The notes: generated by a model from the sequence alone, not told the origin. Shown: positions 37,501 to 52,208, counted from the first letter of the stretch. The stretch: 64,000 nucleotides of DNA from Geosiphon pyriformis uo1 (GCA_016748015.1 JAAOMT010000420.1:62001-126000), one strand, 5' to 3'. Program-made: numbers and translations.

Positions 37501-40212
37501 AATTAATAATTTTTTATTTATTAACATTTTACGAATAAGATTTAAATATTATTTAGTATAATACATCAAACTAAGTAATTTAAACTAAGTACAAATCATG
37601 TATAAAAAATACATGATTAATTATTCATACCAATTAGAACAACATTATAAATATATTTTAACAGAAACTACACAATCAGTACCAAAAAAAAACTGTAGAG
37701 TTTATAAGAACCAAAACTAATGCCATATGTTTTTGTAATCCTAAACAACCAAATAACATTATCAAAAAGCAAAAACAAAGGACCACAACTTTTAGAAAAC
37801 ACAAAATTATTATGTGTAATTAAATATTTTTTCTTTATAAATGCTCTGTACTTGGCTTTTATTAATTACATATCAATCCAATAAGCTATTTTCAAACTTT
37901 GCACCAACTCAATAACTTTCTTGCTAGCAGTTTTAACACAACCAAAAACAGAAACAGTCTCCAAATACTATTTCCCAAACACAAAGTCTTTATACAATAC
38001 AGTATACATAATATTATTAGAAACATATAAGGAAAGCAATTATAAAATACAAGATAATAACAAGCTTAAATCTAACACAAAATTTTATTAAACTATACAT
38101 AAATTAATAAGTTTTTTGTGAATACCAAAGTTTATTATGTATATAAAAAAATGATCAGAAAGTTTAATTTTTTCACAATATAGATACAATATACTTGAAT
38201 ATTTTTTATCATATAAGCATTTTCAAACAACAATTGGTAAACACTGATGCAAAGCTTTTATAAAATATGAGTGCAAATTAGCAGTAAATTTACTCACAAA
38301 ACTGAATGTTATATGCAAGTTGGGATACCAAACTAACAAAGTTTAAACCCAATTCACATTCTTAATTATGTTCTAATAAATAACACTAGAATTAAGTTCA
38401 GTTTCTTAATAAGCATAATAAACAATCCTAAACATATTGTAAATAAATAACCAATATTCTCAAATACTGTTATTTTACCAGCTCTGATGTATCTCTCTTT
38501 AATAAAAACAAAAAGCAACAAATTCAAACACAAAGCTAAGTTAACTAATATATTAGTATGCTCATTATCTATAATACTTAAATGGCTTTTAATCTTAAAC
38601 CAGAAAATTAAAAGCTCTTTGTATTTAATAAAGTTTGTAATACTATGTTTCTTAAATTAACAGTAATTATAAAAGTCAAATAAAGCCATATTTAATTTTG
38701 TAATACATACATCCAAAGTGGCTTAATTATCTGAATATACTATAATACTACTAGAAACCAGAACACATTCTAAGACCAAAGCAATTATCTGTAATTCTGT
38801 CATTGTAGAAAATACTAAATTACTAACCTTAATACTAATACCTAAATTCAGGTTGGCAAAAAATACAATCATTACATCTTATCTTATATATATCCAAGTT
38901 CTTTAAAAATCTATCTGTGTAAACATCAATAATATTCAAATTAGCATTAGAAAGACATTGTTTTACTGTGAAAAAATCACTAATATTTAAAATATTTAAA
39001 AGTTGAAAGTTACTACTAAGTAGCCAGACAGCAGAATAAGAAGTAAAATTAACTAAGTAACTATACATCAATTTGAACTAAACAGATATTGGGCCTCTAA
39101 GATTAAGTTTTTTCTAATAATGAAAATTCTTCTAATTAAAAACTAACTTCTTCTTATCATACAATTGTTCAACAAAAAGAATACTAAACCTCTTAAATAA
39201 GCAAGAAACATTATAAAATATTTTATTTTTTAAAACAAAAGACATAAAAGTACCACCAGAAAAATAAAATACAAAAAAAAGATTATTGACAAGAGAAACA
39301 TTATAATCCAAAAAAATTTTTATTACACTAATCAAAAAATTGTTAACTGAACTGATCTTTAACTTCACAAAAATTTGTAAAGAATAAATAGAAAACCAAC
39401 TCAAAATCTGTAAATTTAAAGATCTATGATCAAACAAATGTCTGAAAATTCTACTAGTATTTAAAAAACTTAACACAAAAGCTAATTTACTTTTTGCTTG
39501 TACTTGCTTAAATGATTTTAAGTTATATAAAGATAGATAATAAAAAACTTTATTAAAAAATTTTTTTGGCAAGCCAGCTTTTATTTTTAAACTCTTTTTA
39601 ATCAGCATATTTTATTTGTTATACATACTTTTAAAGACAAAACTAAATTGTGTTTTATAACTAACAATAGATTAAAATATAGCCAAAACTAAATAAAAAA
39701 ACCATTTGTTTAAAATAGTTTTTTATAAGATTATATTGGCAAAAAACCTGATATTTGAATAAGTTTTTCTCAAACTAAGTTTGAATAAACTTTCAAAAGA
39801 TAAAAAAATACCAAAATATTTATAAAATTCTTTATTTTGTGCTATAAATATTAGCAGACCACTTATTAACAACAAGACATTTCTAACTCTTCAATTAATA
39901 AGAATGGCTACTGTTTTTTCATTGTTAATTAAAATATTATTAATATTAAAAAATTCACTTACAATATTCAAAATATATTAAGTAGCAGCTTAACTACTTC
40001 TTACTTAAATTGTATTATTAATAAAAATACTAGCTACCAGATATAAAGTCAATTTATCCAGATTTTCTATTCTGCCAGTTTTGACTACAAACTTAGTGTT
40101 AATATGATAATTATACAAGCTTTTATGTTTTTTGACTTTACATAAAAGAGGATTATAGAAAATTTTTCAAAGCAGAGAGAAGAAAACTTTATTCTAATTC
40201 AGACTATTATGT

Positions 40213-41169
40213 TGTTATCAGAAGTTTTTGGTCTCTTTTCTTAAATGTTGCTAATGGCTGTTTGTTGTGAATTTACGTTTTCTAGAAGTAGTTGAACCTC
40301 CAATAACTGAATTTATTTTCAAATTATTTCCTATAATTTGAACTACTGGGCTTATAAGTGAAATAGCCAATTCCATGCCAGTTACTTTTATGTAGTTATG
40401 TTGTAGTAAATGTCAACTCTTTCCCAGGAATTGCTCATCTGGAAGCTCACTAAAAATGTGTAGTTGCTTTGCTATAAAAGTCAACTCTTCTACAAGAATC
40501 TTGTTTGTAGGCTACCTTAATAATTATAATAAGAAAAAAAAATAAAAATAAAAGAATTGTAAAAAAAATAGAATTCTACTAAGGGAAACGTTTTTTATTC
40601 AGACCTGGAGTTACTAACAGATTACTGAAATTGGTAGCTAATCAATTTCAAAATATTAGTTGTGTTGAGGGAATTTCAAGTGTAATAATTAAAAGATTTG
40701 TTTTTCGAATATTTAATTTTTATTTGAGATATGTAAAAAATAATTTGTTTTAATTAAGATATCTAAAGTAAGCTACTATGATAAGATACATTTTCTTGAA
40801 AAGAGAAGCTTTTCTTTTATACAACTTGTTGAGTACTAGTTTTTGAACTTGCACTTTTCTCTTTTCTACAATTTTAGCAAACTAAAGATATATTTTAGCA
40901 AATTACAAGTTATTTTTATAAACTATTGATTATTTCGGCCAATTTTTGCTAATTTCGGCGAATTTTTGAATATTAAATGGTTCAGAGTATTGTGTGATTT
41001 AATCATCTTAATTTTTATAGTACAATCGAATTATTAATTAAATGATAATAATTGATAATTTGATTAAATAATAAGTGATAATTGAAATAATAATAATATA
41101 TACTAATTAATAATAGGAATTATAAGAGTAATTTTATGCTAATTAATAGCTAAAATTCTGCTGGTAATA
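40213..41169 (-). repeat. Solo LTR, family S, copy 1; no matching TSD
   Basis: Reverse-complement homolog of 48202-49192; flanks ATGT and CCAG. Confidence 0.85.
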
Positions 41170-42185
41170 CCAGCTTAAGCCAAGTATAATGCCAAAATAA
41201 CATTAACATACAGCCCTAAAATTGAAATGAAGAATTTATTTTTGAAAAGCAATCTGATAAACAACAGCTGACCAACAACTTCTAAAATCTTGTTTACATA
41301 TCTTACTAGCTTAGTATTTATAATAACTGCAACACCAAAACCCAAATAGCCAAAGTTTAGATCAGAAATAAACACTCAAAAATCATCAAATTTGTTAACA
41401 ATCCAAGAATAAATCTTTCTCTTTAATTTTATTTTAATAATAATAAAAATCATATTATTTATTTTTCTATGTCAACAAATAACATTTTTTTGCTTAACAG
41501 AATTATTTAAACTCTTAACATTACATGTAGCAATCTTTTAAATTAGATCTGTCATTGAAAAAAATAAAATTCCAATTCCAAAACAAAATTGTTTATTTTG
41601 GCCAAAAGACTCATAACTATGTCTAAAAAACTTATTAAATTGTCTTCTTATTTAGAAACCACTAATAAATTTACAGCTACTGCTCTCATAACAGTTCCAC
41701 TACTAATAACCACACTTGAATTCTTACTCATTACTATATTTGCCTCTTGATTCTGTAATAAAAGAGTTATCAATAATTAACATCTAAGGCTAAATTGGAA
41801 AACCATTAATTTGAGTGTATTTAATTTTTTAGTTAGTTTATCAATCTGCTTTGCAAGACTAGTAAAACTACACTCAAAAGCAGCAAACCTATTATCCAAA
41901 TTTTTTAACATAAACAAAAAGGCTTTTGTCTCCAAAAAAAACCAAAATTTGTTAAACTCTTTTGTACAAAAAGAAAAAGAAACAAGAATCTACCAACAAT
42001 CTTGGCCTAAGAGACATTACTAAAAGACACTAAATGTGTTATAGAAGCTGATTTTTTAACATAGATGGTGGCCAATCTGCTTTTATCTGCCTTAAAAAAT
42101 ACTCTATAAATTAAGCCATCAAAAGAAATGTTCTTATTTACAATACAATTTAAGAATGTGTAATCCAATTTCTTATACTTTGTAT

Positions 42186-43169
42186 TATTACCAGTAAAAT
42201 TTTAGCTATTAATTAGCATGAAATTATCTTCATAATTTCTATTATTAATTAGCATATATTATTATTATTTCGATTATTACTTATTATTTAATCAAATTAT
42301 CAAATATTATTACTCAATTAATAATTTGATTTGTACCATAGAAATTAAGATGATCAAATTACACAATACCCTGAACCATTTAATATAGTCAAAATTCGCC
42401 GAAATTAATGAAAATTGGCCGAAATAATTAATAGTTTAGTGAAATAACTTGTAGTTTACTGAAATATATCTTTAGTTTACCAAAATTATAGCAAAGAGAA
42501 AAGTGCAAGTTTAAAGACTAGTACTACTACAAGTTATATAAAAGAAGAGCTTCTTTTTTCAAGAAAATGTATCTTCTTATATCTTTTTATAATATCTTAT
42601 CATAATATCTTACTTTAGATATCTTAATTGAAACAAATTATCTTTTACACATTTCAAATAAAAATTAAATATTCAAAAACCAAATTTTTTAAATTATTAC
42701 ACTTGAAATTCTTTTAACATAACTAATATTTTGAAATTAATTAGCTACCAATTTCAGTAATTTGTTAGTAACTCTAGGCCTGGATAGAAACGTTTCTCTT
42801 GACAAAATTCTATTTTTTTTATATTTCTTTTATTTATTTATTTTTTTCTTATTACAATTATTAGGGTAGCCTACAGACAAGATTCCTGTAAAAAAGTTAA
42901 CTTTCACAGCAAAATAACTACACATTTTTAGTGAGCTCTTAGATGAGCAATTCCTGGAAAAGAGTTGACATTTATTACAACATAACTACATAAAGTAACT
43001 GGTATAGAATTGGCTATTTCATTTATAAGCCCAATAGTTCAAATTATAGAAGATAATTTGAAGATAAATTCAGTTATTGAAGGTTCAATTGCTTCCAGAA
43101 AACATGAAATTAGCAACAGACAAACAACAAACAACCTTTAAAAAAAAAGACCAAAAATCTCTAATAACA
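42186..43169 (+). repeat. Solo LTR, family S, copy 2; TSD GTAT/GTGT
   Basis: TATTACCAG...ATAACA; homologous to 48202-49192. Confidence 0.85.
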
Positions 43170-44497
43170 GTGTACTTAATAGTATCTAAATAAAACCAAC
43201 ATAAATTAACACCCCTAAGCACTAGCATTGTTTTCATAACAACATTTAAAAACTTAGCAAATCAAAACAAACAACTGCATATCTGGCTCAAATGTACATA
43301 ATTGGATAATAATTTATAATACATGTTTTCTCATTTACAAATCTAATGAAGTCCTAAATATTATGAGCATTTGTTTTTATTGGCAGTATATAAAGCAGTA
43401 TTCTATAACAATCTTTTGTATTTCATGTTTTCTTGTCCAAATTGGTCTTAATAACTCACATAGCATCTTTTTTAATCAAAATAAACTATTTTGCTATGAC
43501 CAAATTAGCATAAATAAATTGTTCAAATTTTACTACAGTCTTTTGTTACATTCTCATTAATTGCATTTTGATTGAAATAATCAATTCAAATTCAGACAAT
43601 ACAATATACACAGTCTTAATTGACATCTTAATTAGAATTTTTTTGATCATTATAGTTTAATCTGATTAGTCAATTAATTTTTTGAGATCAATATTCACCA
43701 AAATTTTCACACTCTTAGTTTTATTAAAAGCCTGTACCAAGCTCAATTCGAAAATAAATATTACTTTGATAATTCTAACAAATTTTAAGGAGGTAAATAC
43801 TTCTCTAAAATCATTAATTCCTGAAAACAATTTCTTAACTACTGAGCATTTTTTTTGAAATGTTTTTTTAATAACCTTGTTCAACCCAATATTTAAAGTA
43901 AAAAACTTCTTAATAGACACATTGACTAGATTTTTTAGAAAAAAAGAAAGAATTAGAGGAGCATTCAAAAGAATATTATTACTGTTATCATTCAAAAAAT
44001 CAATCTTTTCTAATAGTTTTTTCAAAGCTTTTTTGGTTTTTACCTACAAATTTTTTAGTATTTTATTAGAGTTTTTTCCATTAAAAGTATTTTCTTTATC
44101 ATAATTAATATTGGTTTTTTTATCAGATACTCTTTTTTTATATTAATACTATTGAATTTAGTAATGTTACTAGTTTTTGAATTCTAAAAGCAACTACTTA
44201 ATTCTTTATTAGAATCTTTTCTGTTATTAATACTATTTTCTAAAACACCACTTCTCTTTTTTTTTGAAAAAATAGGTTTAGAATTAACATTAAAGCCAAA
44301 GTTCTTAATAGATTTTTTTATAACAGTAATACTAAGGCCAATAATAGTTTCATAATTAAGCAAAAATAGTTTAAATTTATTGTATTAAATGATTAAAAAT
44401 TCTTGTTAATAAATATGCTTTTTTTTGTGAATTTTGCACATAAGAAAAAAAGAAGTTTTTTTTTTTGTATTTAATTTAATTTTATATATATATATAT

Positions 44498-47400
44498 TTT
44501 TTTTTTAAACATTTAACGAGTAAAATCCAAACACTGCCTAGTGCAATACATTATACAAATGATCTAAACTAAGTGTAAATCATGCACTTTCTACACATGA
44601 CCAGCCACTCAGACCAATTAGGACAACACTATACATCTATATGAACAGAAACTTTATTACCTATGTCTGAAAAAAACAAACAAGACTTATGAAAACTGAA
44701 ACCAATACCAATTGTCTCAGTAATACCCAGCAATCCAATCATGTCTGCTGACAGCACTGAAAAAAGCCCAGAAATCGAGATAGGAACAGATCCATTATGT
44801 AGAATAAGTCCATTTTTTTCAATGAAAGCATAGTGCTTGGCATAAACCAACCAAATGTCTTCCCAAAAAGCATGACTAAACTCATACACAAAGACCACAA
44901 TGTTCTGACTCACTACTTTGGAATTCTTGAAAACAAAGACAGACTTATGAAACCAATTCTTGAAAACAAAACCCTTGTACAGAGTAGTGCTAACCAAAAC
45001 ATCAGACGAACAAGTAAACAACAGCTATGAGACAACTAAAAAAGAACAACTCAGACTGGATTGCACTTCCCAAGCTGATACATGAGAGTTCAACAAACAA
45101 GCACAATTATCAGCATCAAATAAACAAAAAAAAACATGGTCTGAGACTTCAACATTGCCACAAAACAAACACATTACACTAAAGTAACTCTTATTATAAA
45201 GCCATTTATGCATGGCAACAGAAAGCCGAAAGTGCAATGTCTTCATAAAATACATCTAGAAAACAGCAATCTGCTTGTTAATAAAGCCAGCAGTCATGTG
45301 AGAGTCTGGATGCTATACCAATGATGATTTGATCCAATCAATATCTGCATGCAGACTATCCACCACCACCCATAAACCAGAACCGATTTCTCAATGTGCA
45401 CAATGAACTGACCAAAAAACATCCTGAACAAAATGCCTAGAATTACCAGAAATGGCAGCACCATCAACCCTAAGATAGCATTTATTGATAGAATAGGGCA
45501 GATTCTAGCTAGAGAAAGCTGCAGCTCTGGCCAACTTATCTGCATGCTCATTGTCCAAAACACCCAAATGATCTTTGACCTTATATCAATTAATATTCAA
45601 ATTCTTATAATGAATAACATTTACAATGTGGCGATGTTCAATCCAACACCAATTTCTAAAATCTGGGTGAACCAAATTCAGCTCCAATTTGCAAGCATCC
45701 AAAGCCGCTTGACTGTTCAAAAACAAGTTAATTGAGCAAGAAGAAGGGACATACTCGAGAGCTAGAGCAATGGCCTGCAACTCTGTCAAGGTAGAAGACA
45801 TCAAACCAGAAACTTCTACACCCAAACTCATACCAATGTCTTCAAAGAAAACAGCAGCCCCAGCTTTCATATTAACAGACCCCAAATTACTCAAAGATCC
45901 ATTCATATAGACAAAAAGATGATCAACATCAGAACACAGCAAATTGGTTCTAATAGCATTAAACCCACTAAAACAAAGAATATTTGAAGAGCTGCCATCA
46001 TCCAAAGGCGAGGAATAGACAAAAAGAGAGGACGCACCACCAAGAAATTGAACAGAAAGCTCAAACTAGGCAGGAACTAGACCACATGGGTCCAATTGCT
46101 TCTACCACTTGAAGGTTTTCCTATCAAAAATAGTTTCACTTCAGTCAAGCAGCTGGTCTATAAAGGCAATTCCATAACACCAAAGCAAAGAGACACACTT
46201 AAAATAAATTGATTCACCAAAAACACAAGATATAGAAGTTTTACCCCAATGACAAAAAGCATTGGTCAAGGAGCCACCCAAGAACAAATCACTTTCAGAA
46301 AAAATGTGCACCATACCAGCCAGAAAATTATTCAGAGGGTTGACCTTAACATGAACTGGGTACTGCAAAGGATAAAGTGGATGCCAGCAGAGGACCTAAA
46401 GATTATATGACCAGTAAGAGAATAAACAACCCAAAATACCAATAAAGTTTGCAAAAGAAATGACCAAGGCCGACTTATTCTTAGCCTGAATCTGCTTAAA
46501 AGTTTTTAAACCATACGGAGAAGGATGATGAATTGAATCAATAGGAAAGTCATGCAGCAGGCCAGACTTAGATTTCAAGTCCTTATAAATCAGAGTGTCC
46601 CACTTTTCACAAGCACTAACAGGAACATAACTGAATTGTGTTCTATAACCAACAATAGAAAAAAGAACTGCCGAAACCAAATACAAAAACTGCTTATTAG
46701 ATACTGCTTTCTTGAAGACCAGATTAGCAAAAAACCATGCTTTGGCCAAGCTAGGTTTGAAAAGACCCTTAATCAACAGATAAATTCCTAAATAGCAATG
46801 TGATTTCTCTTTCTTGGTAATAGAAATAGGTAACCCACTGATCAACAAGGAAGGATCCACAACCTTGCAATTGATGAAAATGGCCACAGTTTTATCATTA
46901 TTAATTGAAATATTATTGATATCAAAAAATTCACTAGCAACATTGAGAATGTGCTGTGTAGCACTTTGACTGCTGCCAACTCATATAGTATTATTAACAA
47001 AGGCATCTGTGGCAAAAAAAGAGAAGAGACCAGTCCGAAATTCAGCATGACCACACCCAAAAATAAAGTAAGAATTCAACCTATATTTATACCTATCTGT
47101 TTGTCTCTTGAACTTACACAGAAAAGGATCATAAAATATGCACCAAAGGAGCAGTGAGAACACCTCCTTCTGGTTCAAGCTGTCATGTATCCTGTATCTA
47201 TCTGTTAAACCAAAATCTGTTATAACCTTATTAACGCGATCATTATGAATACTACCAAAAAATCTAATGAATCTGCTACACATCTTTATTCTAACCAAAC
47301 TGTTTCGAAGATGCTTCCACCCAACAGAATTATAAGTCTTTCACATGTTCTGCAAGACCAATCAGAGTTTATGACTCTTTTTTAAAGCATCTTCAACCAC

Positions 47401-49277
47401 TGAATTAAAAATAGGTGACTGCATTGTTGTACCCCTAAGGACCAAAAAATTGTCCTCACACAAAACATCAAAAGTACTATATGCCAATGAAATCCTATTC
47501 AAAAAAATTTTGGAAAGAATTTTACAGGCAGTTTCAATCAAGGCAATAGGTCAGGTGTTTGTGAAAATTCTATTCCATTCATATGGCTTAGGAATTATCA
47601 AAACCCAAGCTTCCTTCCAAGCACCAGGTACTGATTTGTGGATCAAACAAGAATTCAAAAGCACCAAAAGCATATCTAAAACTGATTTATTGCAATGTTT
47701 CCAGAGTTCATTCAAAATCCCAGAGAAATTAGCAGCATTACTCTTGGAAAGATTAGAAACCACACCAAGCAATTCATCAACACCAACAGAACACATTATG
47801 CCAAAAAAGGCATCATTGAAAACATACTCCAAAGGCCAGTATTGGCAGGACCATTCATCTGAGATGTCAAACATTACCCTATGCTTCTTGGTCCAACCTT
47901 CTATAATCCTATCCATCCTAGATTTGACTAGGCTTGGCTCCAATACCAATTTATCACCTATCACCAGATGATCCAGTACCACCTTGTGAAAAGGGTGCTC
48001 CAAAACACTCCTAATGGTGTGACCCTTGTCTGATTCAAAACTTTTCATTCTCTTATTAATAGCTACCTTAATACATGCTTCCTCAGCATGCTTAGATTCC
48101 AGCAACTTAGAAAAGTGGTAAGATTTTCTCATCTTAGCCAAAGCTAAGTAAATTGTGTTGAAATTAAAACCTGAAAGAAATAAAAACTTTACCACTAATA
48201 CTGTTACCAGTAGAATTTTAGCTATTAATTAGCAGAAAAATTACCCTTATAATTTCTATAATTAATTAGTATATTAATATTATTTCAAATTATCATTTAT
48301 TATTTAATCAATTATCACATATCATAATTCAATTAAATAATCTAATTAGTATAACAGAAAGTAGGATGATCAAATTACACAATACCCTGAACTTTATAAC
48401 ATTCTAAAATTCGCCGAAATTTATAAGAAATTCACTGAAATTTACAGAAATTCACCGAAATTATGAATAGTTCACCCAAATTAATTAATAGTTCAGCGAA
48501 ATAACTTGCAGTTCATCAAAATGTATCTTTAGTTCACCAAAATTTGAGCAAAGAGAAAAAGTGCAAGTTTATAGACTAGTATTACAACAAGTTGTATAAA
48601 AGAAGAGCTTTTTTCTTTAAAAAAATGTATCTTACCATAGTAACTTACTTCAAATATCTTAATTGGAACAAATCATCTTTTACAAAATCAAATAAAAATT
48701 AAAATATTCGAAAACCAAATCCTTAAAATTATTATACTTGAAATTCCCTTAACACAACTAACATTTTGAAATTGATTAGCTACCAATTTCAGTAATCTGT
48801 TAGTGACTCCAGGCCTGGATAGAAAACGTTTCTCTTGATAAAATCCTATTTCTTTTACATTTCTTTTATTTTTCTTTTTTTTTTTCATTATAATTGTTAG
48901 GGTAGCCTACAGACAAGATTCCTGTAAAAGAGTTGACTTTTACAGCAAAGTAACTACACATTTTTAGTAAGCTTCTAGATGAACAATTCCTAAGAAAAAG
49001 TTGATGTTTACTACAACATAACCACATAAAGTAACTGGCAAGGAATTGGCTATTCCACTTATAAGCCCAGCAGTTCAAATTATAGAAGATAAATTCAGTT
49101 ATTGGAGGTTCAACTACTTCTAGAAAACGTGAATTTACAACCAACAGATAGTTACAACATTCAAGAAAAGAGACCAAAAACCTCCAGTAACAACACACTA
49201 TTAGCATTAAGCTCACACCACGTATCCAACAAAAAAGCAAATTCCACACTAGAGACCAAGCAGAAAGCCCTAACCAG
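44498..49277 (-). mobile_element. LINE-A: non-LTR retrotransposon ORF2 (RT, RNase H, C-terminal Cys/His knuckle) with A-rich 3' end; cut on the 5' side by element B
   Basis: IPKPYEW..IFTNT.PIALIET; HDSLNQKEVFSLLLW; AFVNNT (FADD equivalent); YLGIYL; VYMNGS...TELQAIALAL; CLFCGNVEVSDHVFFC. Confidence 0.88.
48202..49192 (+). repeat. Solo LTR, family S, copy 3; TSD ATAC/ACAC
   Basis: TGTTACCAG...CCAGTAACA; excising it restores the LINE-A frame ...ELNANSVLVVKFLFLSG. Confidence 0.9.
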
Positions 49278-50128
49278 TGTTACAGGTGACTATTTCTGGT
49301 GTTGGATTAAATAACAAACCCATAACTTGGTGCTAAAAGTTATTTGCATTAATGTTATTAATCTGAAGGTTTTGTATCTAAAGGTTTTGTATCTGAAGGT
49401 TTTGGTTTGAGTTCTTTGTATAATAGACAGAGATTCAATAATGGTTTTATCCGTAGCTTCCCAGAATTGCAATTTTGTCAATTCTTGTCTCAGTGTGATG
49501 GCCGGCAATCCTCTAGTAAGTATTTCATATTTTCTGTACATGTTCTCTCTCTCGCAGGGGTTTTTTACCAGACAATCTTTGACATCAGTAATCTAACACT
49601 TTATTCATTCAATTAGTGTACAACAATAAAATCAAAATAAAATAAAGAAAAGAAATAAAAGAAAATAAAGAAAGAAAAGAAATAAGCCAAGGCAATTTGC
49701 AAGTTAGTATTCTGTTAATAGCTGTGATCAAGAGCTATTGTTCCAGTATAGTTAAGTATCAATTACTATTAACATAGAGTGTTGATAGTGGAATTAGATT
49801 TGAGATACCAAATAGTTATTTATTGTGTTTGAAAGATTGTCTAGGTAAAATCTAAACTTGAAGGTCTGTTTTTTCAGCTTCTAATCCTACTGCTATATAT
49901 ACATAATTGAGATTTTTCAATTTTTCAATTTTTTACAACAGGAATCCTGCAATTTCTTTGAGAGGAATTCTGGAATTCTGGAATCCTGCAATTCTTTGTG
50001 AGAATCCTGTAATTCCTAGAATCTTGCAATTCTTAAGAGGAATCCTGAAATTCCACATTTTACTACATCTACTTCTGATTGGCTAATAACTATGCTAATA
50101 TATATTTCCTATATTTCTATAAGTAACA
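49278..50128 (-). repeat. 3' LTR of element B
   Basis: Minus strand TGTTACT...CTGTAACA just after PPT AAAAGGAAGGAA; internal GGAATCCTGCAATT-like and 14-bp tandem repeats. Confidence 0.88.
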
Positions 50129-50141
50129 TTATTCCTTCCTT

Positions 50142-50840
50142 TTAATATTGAGCTCCATCAAAATCTAACTTTGTTAATTCTCCTTCTTGAAGTATTTTTT
50201 GAATTTCATTTTCGAGAGTTACTTGTGTTATTTGAATCTGTAATTCTTCAAATTGAGCATTGGTAATCTTTCCTAATTAATTACTGGTAACCATATCCAT
50301 TGCTTTGTTGAGTAGGATTTCTGGTTGATCCTGAAATGCTGTGTGTATTCAGTATATGGCTTGGGCCTGTGTGGATAAGTTGTTCTTTCCCACAAAATGT
50401 TTTAATTGTTGTAGTATTTTTGTGTCAAATAATCACTTTGTTTTATCTGTATATAGATTCTGGATATTCATGTGTTGTCCCAAGTAAAAATAACAATAGT
50501 TTCTTGGAAATTGTTGTATCCACCAATTCCAAGTTTTTTTAGTCAACTCTTAGTATATTGACTCTTTTAATGACTCTTTTATTACTAATTTTACTTTCAC
50601 AATGATTTTGTCAATGATATTTTCTGTTTTTTTCTGTATTCTATGTGGTGATGTCTTTCTAGTGTCTTGATATCAGATGGTTTGTTGATTAATTGTAATT
50701 TCCATCTTTTGGTGTTGAATCAATTGAAAAAGTTGTTGTGCTAGTGAGTGGATGTTGTTTGTAATTTCTATTTTTCTGATATTTTTTGTCATGTCTACTA
50801 TGTCTTTATATATTCTTTTGATGAATTAATTTAACATGTT
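50142..50840 (-). pseudogene. Element B ORF3, homolog of element A ORF3; degenerate, start approximate
   Basis: YFYLGQHMNIQNLY...ILQQLKHFVGKNNLSTQAQAIY*IHTAFQDQPEILLN...ITNAQFEELQ...FDGAQY*. Confidence 0.8.
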
Positions 50841-52208
50841 GTTGTCAATGATGATGATTGGTTCCAGATCTTGTGAAATCTCCTTTGGTTGGACTAGTAT
50901 CTTCTGTACTCCTAATTGTGGAATATTACTGGTAGATAGTAATGTGATATTGTGGTATGGTTTTAGTTGATCTTCATGTGCTGCTTTGGTTAAAATTTTG
51001 TTATCCAGTCTTAATTTGTAAGTTCCATTCCCTAGAATTTCTTCTATGTGAAATGGTTCATCCCATTTGTGGTCAAATTTTCCACTCTATTGTTTTTTTG
51101 CTTTGGTATAATATAAGAGTACTTTGTCTCCAATTTTGAATTCAACTGGTTTGTCTGGTAGTTAATTATCATGTCTTTTTTTCTGTTTCTTTTGTGACTT
51201 TTGTATGTTATCAGCTGCTCTTCTTTGTTTGTTTTTCAATATTTCTATTAAGTCATATGTTTTTCTTAACAATATTTCTTGGAAATTTTCTTCTGTTATT
51301 GGTTCAGTTGGATATGTGTTAACCTCTATCTCAACTGGTAATGTTGCTGTTCTACTGTATATCAATTCAAATGGTGTTGCTTGTGTAGTGTCTTGCTTCA
51401 TTGTCCGATAAGCAAATAATATTAATGGTATAAACAAATTTCATTTGTCCTGGTTTTCTTAGCTGAGTTTCACTATTGCTTCACACAATGTTCTATTAAA
51501 TCTTTCAACTAATCTATTGGTTTGTGAATGGTATAGTTATAATAGTGGTCTCTTAATTCCGAATCTTTGGCTTAGTTCTGCTAATGTTCTATTTACAAAA
51601 TGGGTTCCTTGGTCTGATAATAGTTCTTTTGGACATCCATGTTGACAAATCAGATCTTGATGGATAAATTCGACAATAAATTCTGCATTTGCTCTTTGAA
51701 TTGCTTTGGCTTCTGGTCATTTAGTAAGATAGTCCATGGCTACTGCAATATATCTGTTGTCTCTGCTGGTAATTGTCAATGGTTTAACTAAATTGATTCC
51801 AATATGGTCAAATGATTGTTTCACTTTGATTGGTCTTAATGGTTCACTGGGTCTTGTTCCTCCTTTTCATTGACAAGCATCACAATTTTGCACATATTGG
51901 ATGATATCTGGATACATTAATGGCCAATAGTATCTCTTTCTGGTTTTTTTCATGGTTGTTTCTTTATGGAAATGTCTTGTAATTGGATTTGAGTACATGT
52001 TGAACAGTATTATCTCTTTTTCTGATTCTGTAATTACTCTGGTTGGTTAATCTGAATCTTTTCTATTTTTCTGATAAAGTATATTTTGGTGAGTGATAAA
52101 ATATTTGGATTGTTGTTTGATCTTCTTTTGTTCTGGTTGAGATAATTTTTCCTTGAACTGTTGAGTATCTATATAATGTTGAAGTTGTTAATATTTTTGT
52201 GTGTTCAT
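50840..52208 (-). pseudogene. Element B integrase as a separate ORF
   Basis: ATG 52208 lies 61 nt after the RH stop; CDAC, IGINLVKP, HGCPKELLSDQGTHF, AYRT, DLEPIII. Confidence 0.85.

Larger units (their letters stand above)
37500..44440 (-). mobile_element. LINE-B: old non-LTR retrotransposon (ORF1, APE endonuclease, RT, RNase H), heavily mutated, interrupted by two LTRs
   Basis: APE start MTDLI*KIATCNVKS near 41555; RNase H VYTD near 38920; colinear with LINE-A, including the 3' UTR at 37530-37650. Confidence 0.8.
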
